Positions 54,853 to 63,937 of a DNA stretch of 64,000 nt are shown here, one piece after another. Numbering within the stretch: the first letter of the stretch is position 1; each line of letters opens with the position of its first letter. Source of the DNA: an uncultured bacterium (GTDB lineage Bacteria > Chlamydiota > Chlamydiia > Chlamydiales > SM23-39); contig CAYGOC010000008.1 of the NCBI GenBank assembly GCA_964351495.1, positions 15,408 through 79,407 on the forward strand. Reading direction: 5' to 3'. Under the pieces are notes generated by a model. It saw only the letters and a program-made list of their open reading frames with translations, had not been told where the DNA came from and made no database searches. Both the position numbers and the translations under genes were made by a program.

Positions 54853-54998
54853 ATACCTAGGGTACGTACTTTGTTTTGATTTAGTCAAGAGATCAAAGCC
54901 CTATTTGACCACTCGCAAGGCTAAAGTCAATGGGATTCCTAATTCAGAGAGAGCTGCTTTGCAAGGCATCCTCGAATGCAATCCAAGAAGAACAGACT

Positions 54999-55703
54999 CT
55001 AACCCCTTTTTAGGTACTGATCTACCCCTTGTGCTACTGCCTTTGCAAGTTCGATGAGATAGGGCTTTTCTCGTAGCTTTCTTCTCTCTTCTAGATTAGA
55101 GATAAATCCCCCTTCTACTAAAACTGCGGGAATTTTAGACTCTCTTATCACGTAGAAATTTCCTATCTTCACCCCTCTAGATTTTGCCTTAGTCCTAGCG
55201 ATTACTCCTTTTAATATGGAAGAAGCTAGTTTTTTTGATTCTTTAGCTCTCATAGGATCTTTTTTGCAGTTACAATAAAAAATCTCAATACCGTGCGCAT
55301 TTGGGTTTTTTATGGAAGAATTAAAATGAAGACTTACAAATAAAGTAGCCCTTGAATGATTGGCTATTTGCGCTCTTCTAGATAGTGGAACAAAAACATC
55401 CGTATCTCTAGTCAAAATTACCTTATATCCCAAGTGGTCTAAATATTTTCGGACAAGTAAAGCGGTAGTCAAAGCTACCCTTTTTTCTTCTAGGTAGGGT
55501 GGTTTTGCTTTTGCTCCTAAATCAAGCCCTCCATGCCCTGCATCTAAAATAATCACCGGCTTATTTTCTAGCTTGGAAAAGGAGGAAACAGAAGAAGCGG
55601 TAGGCCTATTTTTAGAAGAAGCGCAAGAGGTGGTAAACGGGATACAAACCAGAAGAAGAAAAAAACAAAAAACTCTTTCTTTACATGAAAAAAACTGTCT
55701 CAA
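54999..55703 (-). CDS. amiA: N-acetylmuramoyl-L-alanine amidase (Amidase_3), AmiA-like
   Basis: 234 aa. Signal/lipobox-like N-terminus (LLLVCIPFTTSCASS), ILDAGHGGLDLGA, SLHFNS, and VLVEGGFISN. Confidence 0.85.
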   Translation of the reverse strand: MRQFFSCKERVFCFFLLLVCIPFTTSCASSKNRPTASSVSSFSKLENKPVIILDAGHGGLDLGAKAKPPYLEEKRVALTTALLVRKYLDHLGYKVILTRDTDVFVPLSRRAQIANHSRATLFVSLHFNSSIKNPNAHGIEIFYCNCKKDPMRAKESKKLASSILKGVIARTKAKSRGVKIGNFYVIRESKIPAVLVEGGFISNLEERRKLREKPYLIELAKAVAQGVDQYLKRG

Positions 55704-55715
55704 AAGGTCTCTCTT

Positions 55716-57161
55716 TTACCCTAAAATTTCTAATGCTATTTCCTTATCATCAAAAGGGATTGTTTGATTGTGTAAAATCTGCCTCTTTTCATGCCCTCTA
55801 CCGGCAATCAGAACAAGATCTCCCTTTTCAGCCAAAGAAAGAGCCCTTCTTATAGCTTCTTTTCTGTCTAAGATTCTTTCTTTTTTCTCTTTTTTTGCAA
55901 AACCCTTTTCGATAGCCTCTGCTATTTTATCCGGATCTTCTTTTCTAGGATTATCGTTGGTTACAATTACGTAGTGAGAATACTTTTCTGCCACTTTTCC
56001 CATTTCTTCTCGTTTACCGGGGTCTCTATCCCCTCCACATCCAAAAACGGTAAAAATCCTTTTAGGAGACATCTTAGATAAAGAGGATAAGACCTTTTCC
56101 AAAGCTTCTGTTTTATGGGCAAAATCAATAATTACTGTAATCCCCTTTTTTTCTATTTTTTCCATTCTTCCGGGAGGGGGCGAAAGGTCTTTTATCTTAT
56201 CTTGTATTTTTTCTAAAGAGATACCGCAGCTATGAGCTAAAGCTATAGCAGCTAAAAGATTATACACATTAAAAACTCCTACAAGAGGAGATTCTATAGA
56301 CAGGGTTTTATTTTCATGAATCAAAGAAAAACTCGTATTTCCAAGCGAAAGCTGTATGTCTTTTGCCCAGTAATCTGCTTTTTGGGATAGTCCATATGTA
56401 CGAATAGAGGCTTTGGTGTCTTTTTTTATCTCTTCTGAAAAAGGATCATCTAAGTTCAAAATAGCCAGCCCCTCTTTGGGAAGTTTTTCAAACAGCTTTT
56501 TCTTAGAAGCGCCGTAAGCCTCCATTGTTTTGTGATAGTCTAAATGCTCTTTACTCAAAGAAGTAAAAATAGCTTTTTTAAAAAAGAGATTTTCTACTCT
56601 ATTTTGATCTAATGCGTGAGAAGTAACTTCCATTACAGCAGCTTTACACCCCACCTTTACCATCTGATCTAAAAACTTTTGGTTTGAGATGATATCTAAC
56701 GTAGTGAGGGAAGAAGGAAATTGATACCCTTGAAAAGAACATTCTACACCTCCCATTAGCCCTGTTGGTTTTTTTACGCTTAAAAGAGCCTTTACTAAAT
56801 AAGAAACGGTAGTTTTTCCGCTAGTTCCGGTAACGCCTATTAGCTCCAATTTTTTAGAGGGATCCTTAAAAAATCTAGCCGCCAAAGTAGCTTCTAAAGC
56901 AGCTATATCTTCTGTAATAATTTGTGTTACCCCCTCTAAAAAAGGGTTATATTTTGAAGAAGCTATAACAGAGGCACCATTTCTTATAGCCTCTTCAATA
57001 AACTGAGCCCCCTCATAGAGAAACCCGGGTTTTGCAAAAAAAAGCGCTTTAGGAAACGCCCTTCTGGAATCATTGCAAAGGCCTAAGACTGTTTTTTCTT
57101 TTGACCCTTTTATCTCTATTTTAGAGATGTTTTTTATAAGCGTTTTTAATTTCCATTCCAC
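55716..57161 (-). CDS. murE: UDP-N-acetylmuramoyl-tripeptide synthetase (meso-DAP adding) MurE
   Basis: 481 aa. GVTGTSGKTT ATP site and the DNPR motif (TNDNPRKEDP). Confidence 0.9.
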   Translation of the reverse strand: MEWKLKTLIKNISKIEIKGSKEKTVLGLCNDSRRAFPKALFFAKPGFLYEGAQFIEEAIRNGASVIASSKYNPFLEGVTQIITEDIAALEATLAARFFKDPSKKLELIGVTGTSGKTTVSYLVKALLSVKKPTGLMGGVECSFQGYQFPSSLTTLDIISNQKFLDQMVKVGCKAAVMEVTSHALDQNRVENLFFKKAIFTSLSKEHLDYHKTMEAYGASKKKLFEKLPKEGLAILNLDDPFSEEIKKDTKASIRTYGLSQKADYWAKDIQLSLGNTSFSLIHENKTLSIESPLVGVFNVYNLLAAIALAHSCGISLEKIQDKIKDLSPPPGRMEKIEKKGITVIIDFAHKTEALEKVLSSLSKMSPKRIFTVFGCGGDRDPGKREEMGKVAEKYSHYVIVTNDNPRKEDPDKIAEAIEKGFAKKEKKERILDRKEAIRRALSLAEKGDLVLIAGRGHEKRQILHNQTIPFDDKEIALEILG

Positions 57162-59110
57162 TCTTGATATAGTCTCCTAGACTCTTTTGCTTTTTGTTTT
57201 TGGATCTCTTTTTTCTCTTTATCCGGAGCAACTCCCAAATAACGAAGAGACCTTTCTGCTATCTTACTAAAAATGGGAGCAGCAGAAATACCTCCATGAT
57301 AGTTTTTTCCGGCAAAGGGAAGCCACTTTTTTTCCGGTTCATCTAACACAACCGCTATAACAAACTCCGGTTTTTCTAAAGGAGCAAATCCTATAAAACT
57401 AGCAATATATTTTTCATGGGAATACTTCCCGTTTATAATTTTTTCAGAAGTACCCGATTTTCCCAAAACCGTATAATAAGGGATATTACCCCTAGGAGAA
57501 GTCCCCCCCAACTGGGTTGTCAATAAAAGCCCTTCTTGGATCTGTTTTACTACTCTTTCTTCTAAAACTCTCTCTTTTTTATAAGAAAAAAGGGGGTTTT
57601 CCCAAACCACCTCTTTTTCTTTTACAATCTTTCTAACAAGGGTAGGTCTTATTTTATAGCCTCCATTGGCTAAAGTTGCAAAAGCGGCACTCATTTGTAC
57701 CGTATTCACTAAAAGATTATGTCCTATTGCCATAGAATAGGGGGTAGGCACAGACCACTCCGGTTTTTTATTTTGATGCAATCTTCCCGGCTTGGGAATT
57801 CTTCCCTCCTCTTCCGAAGGGATTTCAATTCCTGTTTTTTTCCCTAATCCAAAAATATGGATAAACGCCTCTCGATACCACTCTTCTCCTATATTTTCCA
57901 AAACTCTTTGCACCACCTTACCAAGGTAAATATTAGCCGATTTTTGCAAGGCCATAGGAAAGTTCATATATTTTCGAAGCCTTCCATCTTTCAAACGAAA
58001 TCGGGTTTTAGGGAAAGAACCATTGGAAGTTGCTATTTTCTCCTCCGGAGTAAAAAGAGGTTTTTTATATTTTTGCTCATAAAAAAGGCTCCCTTGTAAA
58101 CAAACGGCTAAAGTGAGGGGTTTCATAATAGAGCCCGGCTCAAAAAGCTCTAAAGCAGCTTTGTTTTTAGTGTGTTCCAACAAAGCGGGGTCATTGTAAT
58201 ACGCTTTATACTGCTCCGGATGAAAAAAGGGATATTGAGCACTTGCTAAAACTTCCCCTGTAAAAGGGTGGATCATAAAAACCCATCCTCCTTTAGCATT
58301 TGCTTCTTCTATCCCTTTTTTAAGCTCTTCTTCACAAATAGCCTGCAAATAATGGTTAATCGTTAAGTAAATATCAGCTCCATTTTGAGCAAACTCCAAA
58401 ATAGGTCCCATTTCTAAAGCATGTCTAGAAGATCTATATCCTATTCTCTTCCCTAGCTTTCCTTGTAAAAAAGAGTGAAACTGAAGCTCCAGCCCCCCTG
58501 TGGGAAAGGATTGAAATGTTTTCCCTTCCTTTTCCTCTTGCACTGTGTGCAAAAGTTGTCCTAAAGAAAAACCAAAGGGATAAGACCTTTTATAGTCGAG
58601 CTGAAAGTAGAGCGCATTTTTCGCTATTTTGTGGTTTTTAGTAAACTCTTGCCACCAAGACAAAACCTTTTTCTTTTCTTCAGAATCAAGCCATTTTATG
58701 ATTTTTCTAGACCTGCTTTTTTTATAAAAGTCTTGTCTAATGCGCTCTTTTTCTTTTTCCTCCAAAGAAAAAAAAGAAACTACCTTTTGAAATACGGCTT
58801 CTTTTGTTTGTAAAGGAATGGAATCGGGATCAATAAAAAGATGAAACCTGGGAACATCCATCACAAGCGCTTGATCTTGTTCTTCTTCTGAATTTAAAGG
58901 GGCTCTAGCATAAAAGGAACCTCTCATAAAAGGCTCATAGATTACAAATTGATGCTGCCCCTTAGCTTGTTTGGCCCATTTTTCTCCTTCTATAACCTGG
59001 ATCTTATAAAACTGACCTAGTAAAAGGGAAAACAGAAAAAACAAAAAAAAGCCTAAAACGAGAACTCGTTTTTTTTCCTTGGAACTTACAGGAGAAAAAA
59101 AAGGGGTCAT
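57146..59110 (-). CDS. ftsI: class B penicillin-binding protein / peptidoglycan transpeptidase (FtsI/PBP3)
   Basis: 654 aa. N-terminal TM anchor, SxxK (GSIMKPL), SxN (KSANIY), K[ST]G (GKSGTS). Confidence 0.88.
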   Translation of the reverse strand: MTPFFSPVSSKEKKRVLVLGFFLFFLFSLLLGQFYKIQVIEGEKWAKQAKGQHQFVIYEPFMRGSFYARAPLNSEEEQDQALVMDVPRFHLFIDPDSIPLQTKEAVFQKVVSFFSLEEKEKERIRQDFYKKSRSRKIIKWLDSEEKKKVLSWWQEFTKNHKIAKNALYFQLDYKRSYPFGFSLGQLLHTVQEEKEGKTFQSFPTGGLELQFHSFLQGKLGKRIGYRSSRHALEMGPILEFAQNGADIYLTINHYLQAICEEELKKGIEEANAKGGWVFMIHPFTGEVLASAQYPFFHPEQYKAYYNDPALLEHTKNKAALELFEPGSIMKPLTLAVCLQGSLFYEQKYKKPLFTPEEKIATSNGSFPKTRFRLKDGRLRKYMNFPMALQKSANIYLGKVVQRVLENIGEEWYREAFIHIFGLGKKTGIEIPSEEEGRIPKPGRLHQNKKPEWSVPTPYSMAIGHNLLVNTVQMSAAFATLANGGYKIRPTLVRKIVKEKEVVWENPLFSYKKERVLEERVVKQIQEGLLLTTQLGGTSPRGNIPYYTVLGKSGTSEKIINGKYSHEKYIASFIGFAPLEKPEFVIAVVLDEPEKKWLPFAGKNYHGGISAAPIFSKIAERSLRYLGVAPDKEKKEIQKQKAKESRRLYQEWNGN

Positions 59111-59479
59111 TTACTTTCCTGTTCCTAAAGCAACCGGCAAGCTAGATTTTTCTTGTTTCCACTCTGTTTTATAGGGAATCTCTTTTTCTTGTATTGTCAA
59201 AATCCCTTCTGCATAAGGGTGGACTAGGTGAGAAAAAGAAGGAGAGCTAGAAAGCTGCATAAGTCTCATAGGGTTTTCTAGCTGATCTATCTCATATTCC
59301 CATTTGACAATCTCTTCTCTAAGATGACGTACCGAAGCAGAAATTTTGGGAATTTCCATTCTAAGGTAAGTAAGATGGTTTTGCTTTTCCACATAAAAAT
59401 AAAGGCATAGCGTAAATGTAATAAGGGAGAAGACTCCCTGAAAAACCAACCCTTTTTTTATGCCTCTTTTTGTATCCAT
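59111..59479 (-). CDS. FtsL-like small bitopic division protein
   Basis: 122 aa with a single TM (GLVFQGVFSLITFTLCLYFYV) followed by a coiled-coil-like segment. Sits between rsmH and ftsI. Confidence 0.5.
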   Translation of the reverse strand: MDTKRGIKKGLVFQGVFSLITFTLCLYFYVEKQNHLTYLRMEIPKISASVRHLREEIVKWEYEIDQLENPMRLMQLSSSPSFSHLVHPYAEGILTIQEKEIPYKTEWKQEKSSLPVALGTGK

Positions 59480-60336
59480 CTTAATTTTGCAGACCTTGCC
59501 CTCCGATTTTGTCTGACCTCTTTAACCCCTGGTTCCAAAGGCTTTTTTATCGCTTCAAACTCTTTTTTTCTTGCTAAATCCTTAAAGGTATTTTTGACAA
59601 TACGATCTTCTCCACTATGAAAAGAAATCGCTGCTATCTTCCCTTTTTTTGCTAAAAACTGACTTGCAAGAAAAAGTCCTTCTTGTATCTCTTTTAGCTC
59701 TTGATTTACAAAAATACGGATTGCTTGAAAGGTGAGCGTTGCAGGGTGAAGATGCTTTTTTCCCCTAACAAAATAAACACTTTCTACAATCTCTTTTAAC
59801 TGTCTTGTCGTCTTAATCCTCTCTTTTTCTCGAAAGCGAACAATGGCTTTAGCTATCTTTTTCCAGTTTCTTTCTTCTCCCAATTCTCGAAAGATTTCCC
59901 CTAGTTTTTTTTCAGAAAACCGGTTTACTACCTCTTCTGCAGAAACCCTACTAGACTTATCCATCCTCATATCTAAAGGTCCCTCTTCTCTGAAGCTAAA
60001 CCCTCTAGAAGGATCATCTAGCTGCATAGAAGACACCCCAAAGTCAAATAAGACTCCGTTTACTTCTTCTATCTTCTCTTCTTTAAAGACCTCTTTCATT
60101 TGGGTAAAACTACCCTGATAAAAGTGAAGCTTGGTTTTCCACTTTTTCAGTCTTTCCTTGGCTTTTTTCAAAGCCTCAAGGTCTTTATCAAATCCAATGT
60201 ATAACTCTATTTCCGGATGGGCCTCTAAAATAGCCTCTGCATGTCCTCCCAGCCCCACGGTTCCATCCACAAAAACAAGCATGTGACAGGCAGAAAACCC
60301 TTCTATTATCTCTTTTAGTAAAACAGGTATATGCAT
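59458..60336 (-). CDS. rsmH: 16S rRNA (cytosine1402-N4)-methyltransferase RsmH (MraW)
   Basis: 292 aa. HIPVLLKEII, VDGTVGLGGHAEAIL, DFGVSSMQLD, SFHSGEDRIVK. Confidence 0.93.
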   Translation of the reverse strand: MHIPVLLKEIIEGFSACHMLVFVDGTVGLGGHAEAILEAHPEIELYIGFDKDLEALKKAKERLKKWKTKLHFYQGSFTQMKEVFKEEKIEEVNGVLFDFGVSSMQLDDPSRGFSFREEGPLDMRMDKSSRVSAEEVVNRFSEKKLGEIFRELGEERNWKKIAKAIVRFREKERIKTTRQLKEIVESVYFVRGKKHLHPATLTFQAIRIFVNQELKEIQEGLFLASQFLAKKGKIAAISFHSGEDRIVKNTFKDLARKKEFEAIKKPLEPGVKEVRQNRRARSAKLRWIQKEA

Positions 60337-60347
60337 CTAATATAACT

Positions 60348-60878
60348 TTAGCAAAGCTCTGTTCCCACTTTACTCAAAAGACCTTCTGTAAGTTTTGCCT
60401 TAGGGATTTCCTCTTTTTCGATAGACTCCTTCTCCTCTAAAAGAAGAAACGCCTCTTCCATCATAGAAGTAAATCCTTCCTGTTTTCCCAAATTTTCGGA
60501 ATACGCTTTTTCAGACCAAATCTCAATTTTATCCAATACCCCGCACACTACCAGCTCTTTTTGAATCTCAGCTCGTTGTCTTAAAAAAGAGGGAAGCATA
60601 ACTCTTCCCAGTCGATCACAAGTGGTTTGATGCATCGTAGAAAAAAAGGTGGTAAAAAAGGGTTGCAACCTACCCACATGTTGCTTTTGCTGCAACTTTT
60701 TGACGATTTTTTCAATGTCTGACCTTTTATATATGCTTAAAGACTTCCCCATCCCTAAACAAATCACAAACTCCAGCTTCCCCTCTTCCACAAGTCCTAA
60801 GCGAAAAGGTTGAGGCAAGACAAAACGTCCCTTCTCATCAAGCTTTAAAGAGTGACTTCCACTAAAGAAAAAACTCAT
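60348..60878 (-). CDS. mraZ: division/cell-wall cluster transcriptional regulator MraZ (with an acidic C-terminal extension)
   Basis: Two SpoVT/AbrB-like repeats with the DxxxR-type motifs LDEKGRFVLPQPFR and CDRLGRVMLPSFLR. I chose the ATG at 60878 (MSFFFSGSHSLKLDEKGR). The track ORF starts at 60908. Confidence 0.85.
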   Translation of the reverse strand: MSFFFSGSHSLKLDEKGRFVLPQPFRLGLVEEGKLEFVICLGMGKSLSIYKRSDIEKIVKKLQQKQHVGRLQPFFTTFFSTMHQTTCDRLGRVMLPSFLRQRAEIQKELVVCGVLDKIEIWSEKAYSENLGKQEGFTSMMEEAFLLLEEKESIEKEEIPKAKLTEGLLSKVGTELC

Positions 60879-61012
60879 CGAAACTTTTCCTTTTCCCCTT
60901 TTTTCCACATCTTAGCAATCTAACTAAAAAACAGGCAAATCTTTTACAAAAAAAGAAAAAAGAAAAACCTTTATCTTTCTTATAACCATACTGTTAAGAG
61001 TGTTTTTTCTAT

Positions 61013-61042
61013 TTGTGGAAAATTGTGGAAAACTTGTTCACA
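61013..61042. promoter_or_regulatory. phased direct repeats TTGTGGAAAA TTGTGGAAAA CTTGTTCACA (candidate MraZ operator and/or DnaA boxes)
   Basis: Two perfect 10-nt tandem repeats plus a degenerate third, 135-165 nt upstream of the mraZ start. TGTGGAAAA matches the complement of the DnaA box (TGTGGATAA) at 8 of 9 positions. Confidence 0.45.
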
Positions 61043-61235
61043 AAACTGTCGCAATCTTTCTAAAAACCGGGCGATCTACCTGTTTTCATTTGTAATAAAA
61101 CTTTTATTATCAGTTTTTTAAGAAAAATTTCAGACTGCTTAATTTATAAACACCTCATTGTTGATAACTACAAAAACGGTTTTGTGAAAAAAAAGGGCAC
61201 TGCTACAATGGGGTTTATCGAACCAAAGGATATTT

Positions 61236-61691
61236 ATGGCTGAAGTGTCTCCTTCAACACAAAGAGATATACAGTCCTCAACTCAGTACGCAGAAAATGA
61301 ACGTCTTTTAGATCCTCTTTTAAAAAAAGAAGAAGACCTCCATCTTTCTACCCATGCAAGGGCTCTCTCTTTTTCTACTATTTTAGATCCTGCTAAAGAA
61401 TCCATTTTACACTTTCTTTCTTTCTCTTTACCAAGAACGCTTGCCCTTTTTTTCGCCCCACAAGGCCTCTCCTCTCAAACTTCTACTATTTTTAGCTACC
61501 AGATTCTTCCTTCTTTTGGTCCCCTAGAGGCTTTAGAAGAAAAAAGAAAAAGGCTATATAGGAAAAAAAAGAAAAAAAAAGGTTCTCAAAATGAGGAAGA
61601 AGTATTAGAAAAAATGTTAAACTGTCTGATTAGCCTAGAAGAGGATTTTTCTTTATTCATGGGTCTTCGAGACCATTTTCAAAAAGGATAA
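61236..61691 (+). CDS. hypothetical protein (151 aa) with an internal poly-Lys run
   Basis: Intact ORF. The stop lies 1 nt before the start of the TPR gene, suggesting an operon. KKKKKK is encoded by an A8-G-A9 tract at 61563-61580. Confidence 0.6.
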   Translation: MAEVSPSTQRDIQSSTQYAENERLLDPLLKKEEDLHLSTHARALSFSTILDPAKESILHFLSFSLPRTLALFFAPQGLSSQTSTIFSYQILPSFGPLEALEEKRKRLYRKKKKKKGSQNEEEVLEKMLNCLISLEEDFSLFMGLRDHFQKG

Positions 61692-61692
61692 T

Positions 61693-62094
61693 ATGAAAGA
61701 CAAATGGACCCATTTTTTGGGATGGGAACATAAACAACTCCAAGATTTACAAATGGTTGCCTTTCTTTATTTAGAACAAGGTAAGTATGATATCGCAAAA
61801 ACTTTTTTAGAAGCACTAACTGTCCTTAAGCCGGAAGAGCCCTATAACTGGCAAACTTTGGGCTCTGTTAGGTTAGAACTAAAAGAGTTTAACGAGGCTA
61901 TTTTTTGTTTCGATACGGCATTAAAACTCGATCCTCTTCACTACCCAACCCTATTAAATAAGGCGCAAGCTCTCTTCTCTTTGAAAAAGCTTCCCGAAGC
62001 ATATGAAATTACAGAAACCTTAAAAACCTGCCCTCATCCCAACGTGGCCAAACAAGCTTCTTTTCTCTATTCTCTTTTGGAAAAAGCCTTTTAA
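61693..62094 (+). CDS. small TPR protein, class II T3SS-chaperone-like (CT274-like position)
   Basis: 133 aa with three TPR-like units (GKYDIAKTFLEALTVLKPEEPYNWQTLGSVRLELKEFNEAIFCFDTALKLDPLHYPTLLNKAQALFSLKKLPEAYE). Confidence 0.6.
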   Translation: MKDKWTHFLGWEHKQLQDLQMVAFLYLEQGKYDIAKTFLEALTVLKPEEPYNWQTLGSVRLELKEFNEAIFCFDTALKLDPLHYPTLLNKAQALFSLKKLPEAYEITETLKTCPHPNVAKQASFLYSLLEKAF

Positions 62095-62233
62095 CCCTAA
62101 AAGAGTTAAAAATACTCTTCTTGTTTCAAAGACAAATATATTGCATAAACCGCTTGTAAAGTGGTAAGTTTTGTGAAAACCACCTTCAGATTAAGATCTG
62201 AAAGAAGGTCCTTAACCTTACACTTTAATAATT

Positions 62234-63556
62234 ATGCCTTTAGAAGCTTCTTTAGAAAGTCCTTGGGAACTTTTCTTGAAAATAGTAAAGAAAAATGCCA
62301 GTTCAACCGAATTTCAAAATTGGATATCTCCCATCTCTTTAATAGAAGAAAGCCCTTCTAAACTCATTCTTGGCGTCCCCAATATCTTTGTACAAGAATA
62401 CCTTTTGGAGAACTTTAAAAAAGAACTGCAAGAGCTTTTTATAGCGACAGGCATCCAAGAAAAAAACATAGAATTTGTCATTCAAGAACCCCAAAAAAAA
62501 CCTTCTCCTATCTCGGTAAAAGAGTTTTTTTCTCCTCAAGTAGGACTCCAAAAAAACTATACTTTTGAAACTTTTATAGAAGGCCCCTCCAACCAATTTG
62601 TAAAATCTGCTGCCGTAGGGGTTGCCCATAGGCCGGGTAAAACCTATAACCCCCTATTTATTCACGGAGGAGTGGGCCTTGGGAAAACCCACCTTCTTCA
62701 TGGAATTGGTCACTATATAGGAAAACATAACCGAAAACTGAAGGTACAATCCATTACCACAGAAGCCTTTATCAATGATTTAGTAGATCACTTGAGGAGT
62801 AAATCGGTAGACAAAATGAAAAAACATTATCGTAGCTTAGATGTTTTACTAGTGGACGATATTCAGTTTTTACAAAGTAGGCTTAACTTTGAGGAAGAAT
62901 TTTGTAACACCTTTGAAAGTCTCATCCACCATAATAAACAAATTGTAATTACAAGTGATAAACCTCCCTCAGAATTAAAACTTTCTGAAAGGCTAACAGC
63001 TAGAATGGAATGGGGACTGGTAGCCAATGTTGCCCCTCCTGACCTGGAAACAAGAGTGGCTATAATCTACCAAAAAGCAGAGCAAAAGGGCCTCACCTTA
63101 AACGATGAAATAGCCTTTTTTATAGCAGAACATATCTACGTAAATGTAAGACAAATTGAAGGGGCTATAAACCGTCTTTATGCTTATTATAACTTAATGA
63201 AAATCCCCCTTACTCAAGAAAAAGTATCGGATATTCTCTCAGAACTCTTTCAAAAGAACCCTTTGCAAAAAATTGAAATAGAGCAAATCCTACAAGCCGT
63301 CGCCAAGCTGTTTTCTGTTAGTATTTCAGAAATCAAAGGAGAAAGCAGACAAAAAGAGATTGCTTTGGCAAGGCAGGTAGCTATGTATCTTGCAAAAGAA
63401 CTTCTTTCCGACTCTTTAAGTAAGATAGCCTCTTTCTTTGGAGGAAAAACTCACTCTACTTTGATTCATGCCTGGAAAAAAGTGGGTCAGCGGATGGAAA
63501 AAGAAGACTCATTAAAAACACAAGTGGCCTCCATTCGAAAAGTCTTACACGGATAG
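62234..63556 (+). CDS. dnaA: chromosomal replication initiator protein DnaA
   Basis: 440 aa. AAA+ Walker [25 protein letters not shown], and a C-terminal DNA-binding domain ([12 protein letters not shown]...[13 protein letters not shown]). Confidence 0.93.
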   Translation: MPLEASLESPWELFLKIVKKNASSTEFQNWISPISLIEESPSKLILGVPNIFVQEYLLENFKKELQELFIATGIQEKNIEFVIQEPQKKPSPISVKEFFSPQVGLQKNYTFETFIEGPSNQFVKSAAVGVAHRPGKTYNPLFIHGGVGLGKTHLLHGIGHYIGKHNRKLKVQSITTEAFINDLVDHLRSKSVDKMKKHYRSLDVLLVDDIQFLQSRLNFEEEFCNTFESLIHHNKQIVITSDKPPSELKLSERLTARMEWGLVANVAPPDLETRVAIIYQKAEQKGLTLNDEIAFFIAEHIYVNVRQIEGAINRLYAYYNLMKIPLTQEKVSDILSELFQKNPLQKIEIEQILQAVAKLFSVSISEIKGESRQKEIALARQVAMYLAKELLSDSLSKIASFFGGKTHSTLIHAWKKVGQRMEKEDSLKTQVASIRKVLHG

Positions 63557-63937
63557 CTTCTCTTTTTCAAGGAAGGAGAGAAAAAAAAGGCTCTTATAAC
63601 AAAAGGGTTTTAGTTTTTCCCGTATTTCTTGTATCTCTTCTTCCCCTCCTGTCAAGGTAGGAATTAATACATTTTTCCCCTGAACATAGGCCTCTAATCT
63701 TTTCTTTTTAGAAGAGATTTTGAGAAAAGGAACTCCTATAAAAAAAGCTAGTTTTTTTCCTATTTTTTCTAGACAAAGAGCATATGCGCCCTCTTTAACA
63801 AGAAGGATCAAATCCATTTTTTCCTGAAATACAGAAGCTATCTGATATAAGAAAAAGGAGGCTATATCCTCCTGTAAGAACCGGTTTTGTCTAAGCTCTT
63901 GTAAAAGTAAGGAAGAAAGAATTCCAGCTTCAAACAC
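63545..63937 (-). CDS. hypothetical protein (130 aa, GTG start, start uncertain)
   Basis: ORF convergent with dnaA with a 12-nt overlap. No motif recognised. It lies near the window end. Confidence 0.4.
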   Translation of the reverse strand: MFEAGILSSLLLQELRQNRFLQEDIASFFLYQIASVFQEKMDLILLVKEGAYALCLEKIGKKLAFFIGVPFLKISSKKKRLEAYVQGKNVLIPTLTGGEEEIQEIREKLKPFCYKSLFFLSFLEKEKLSV

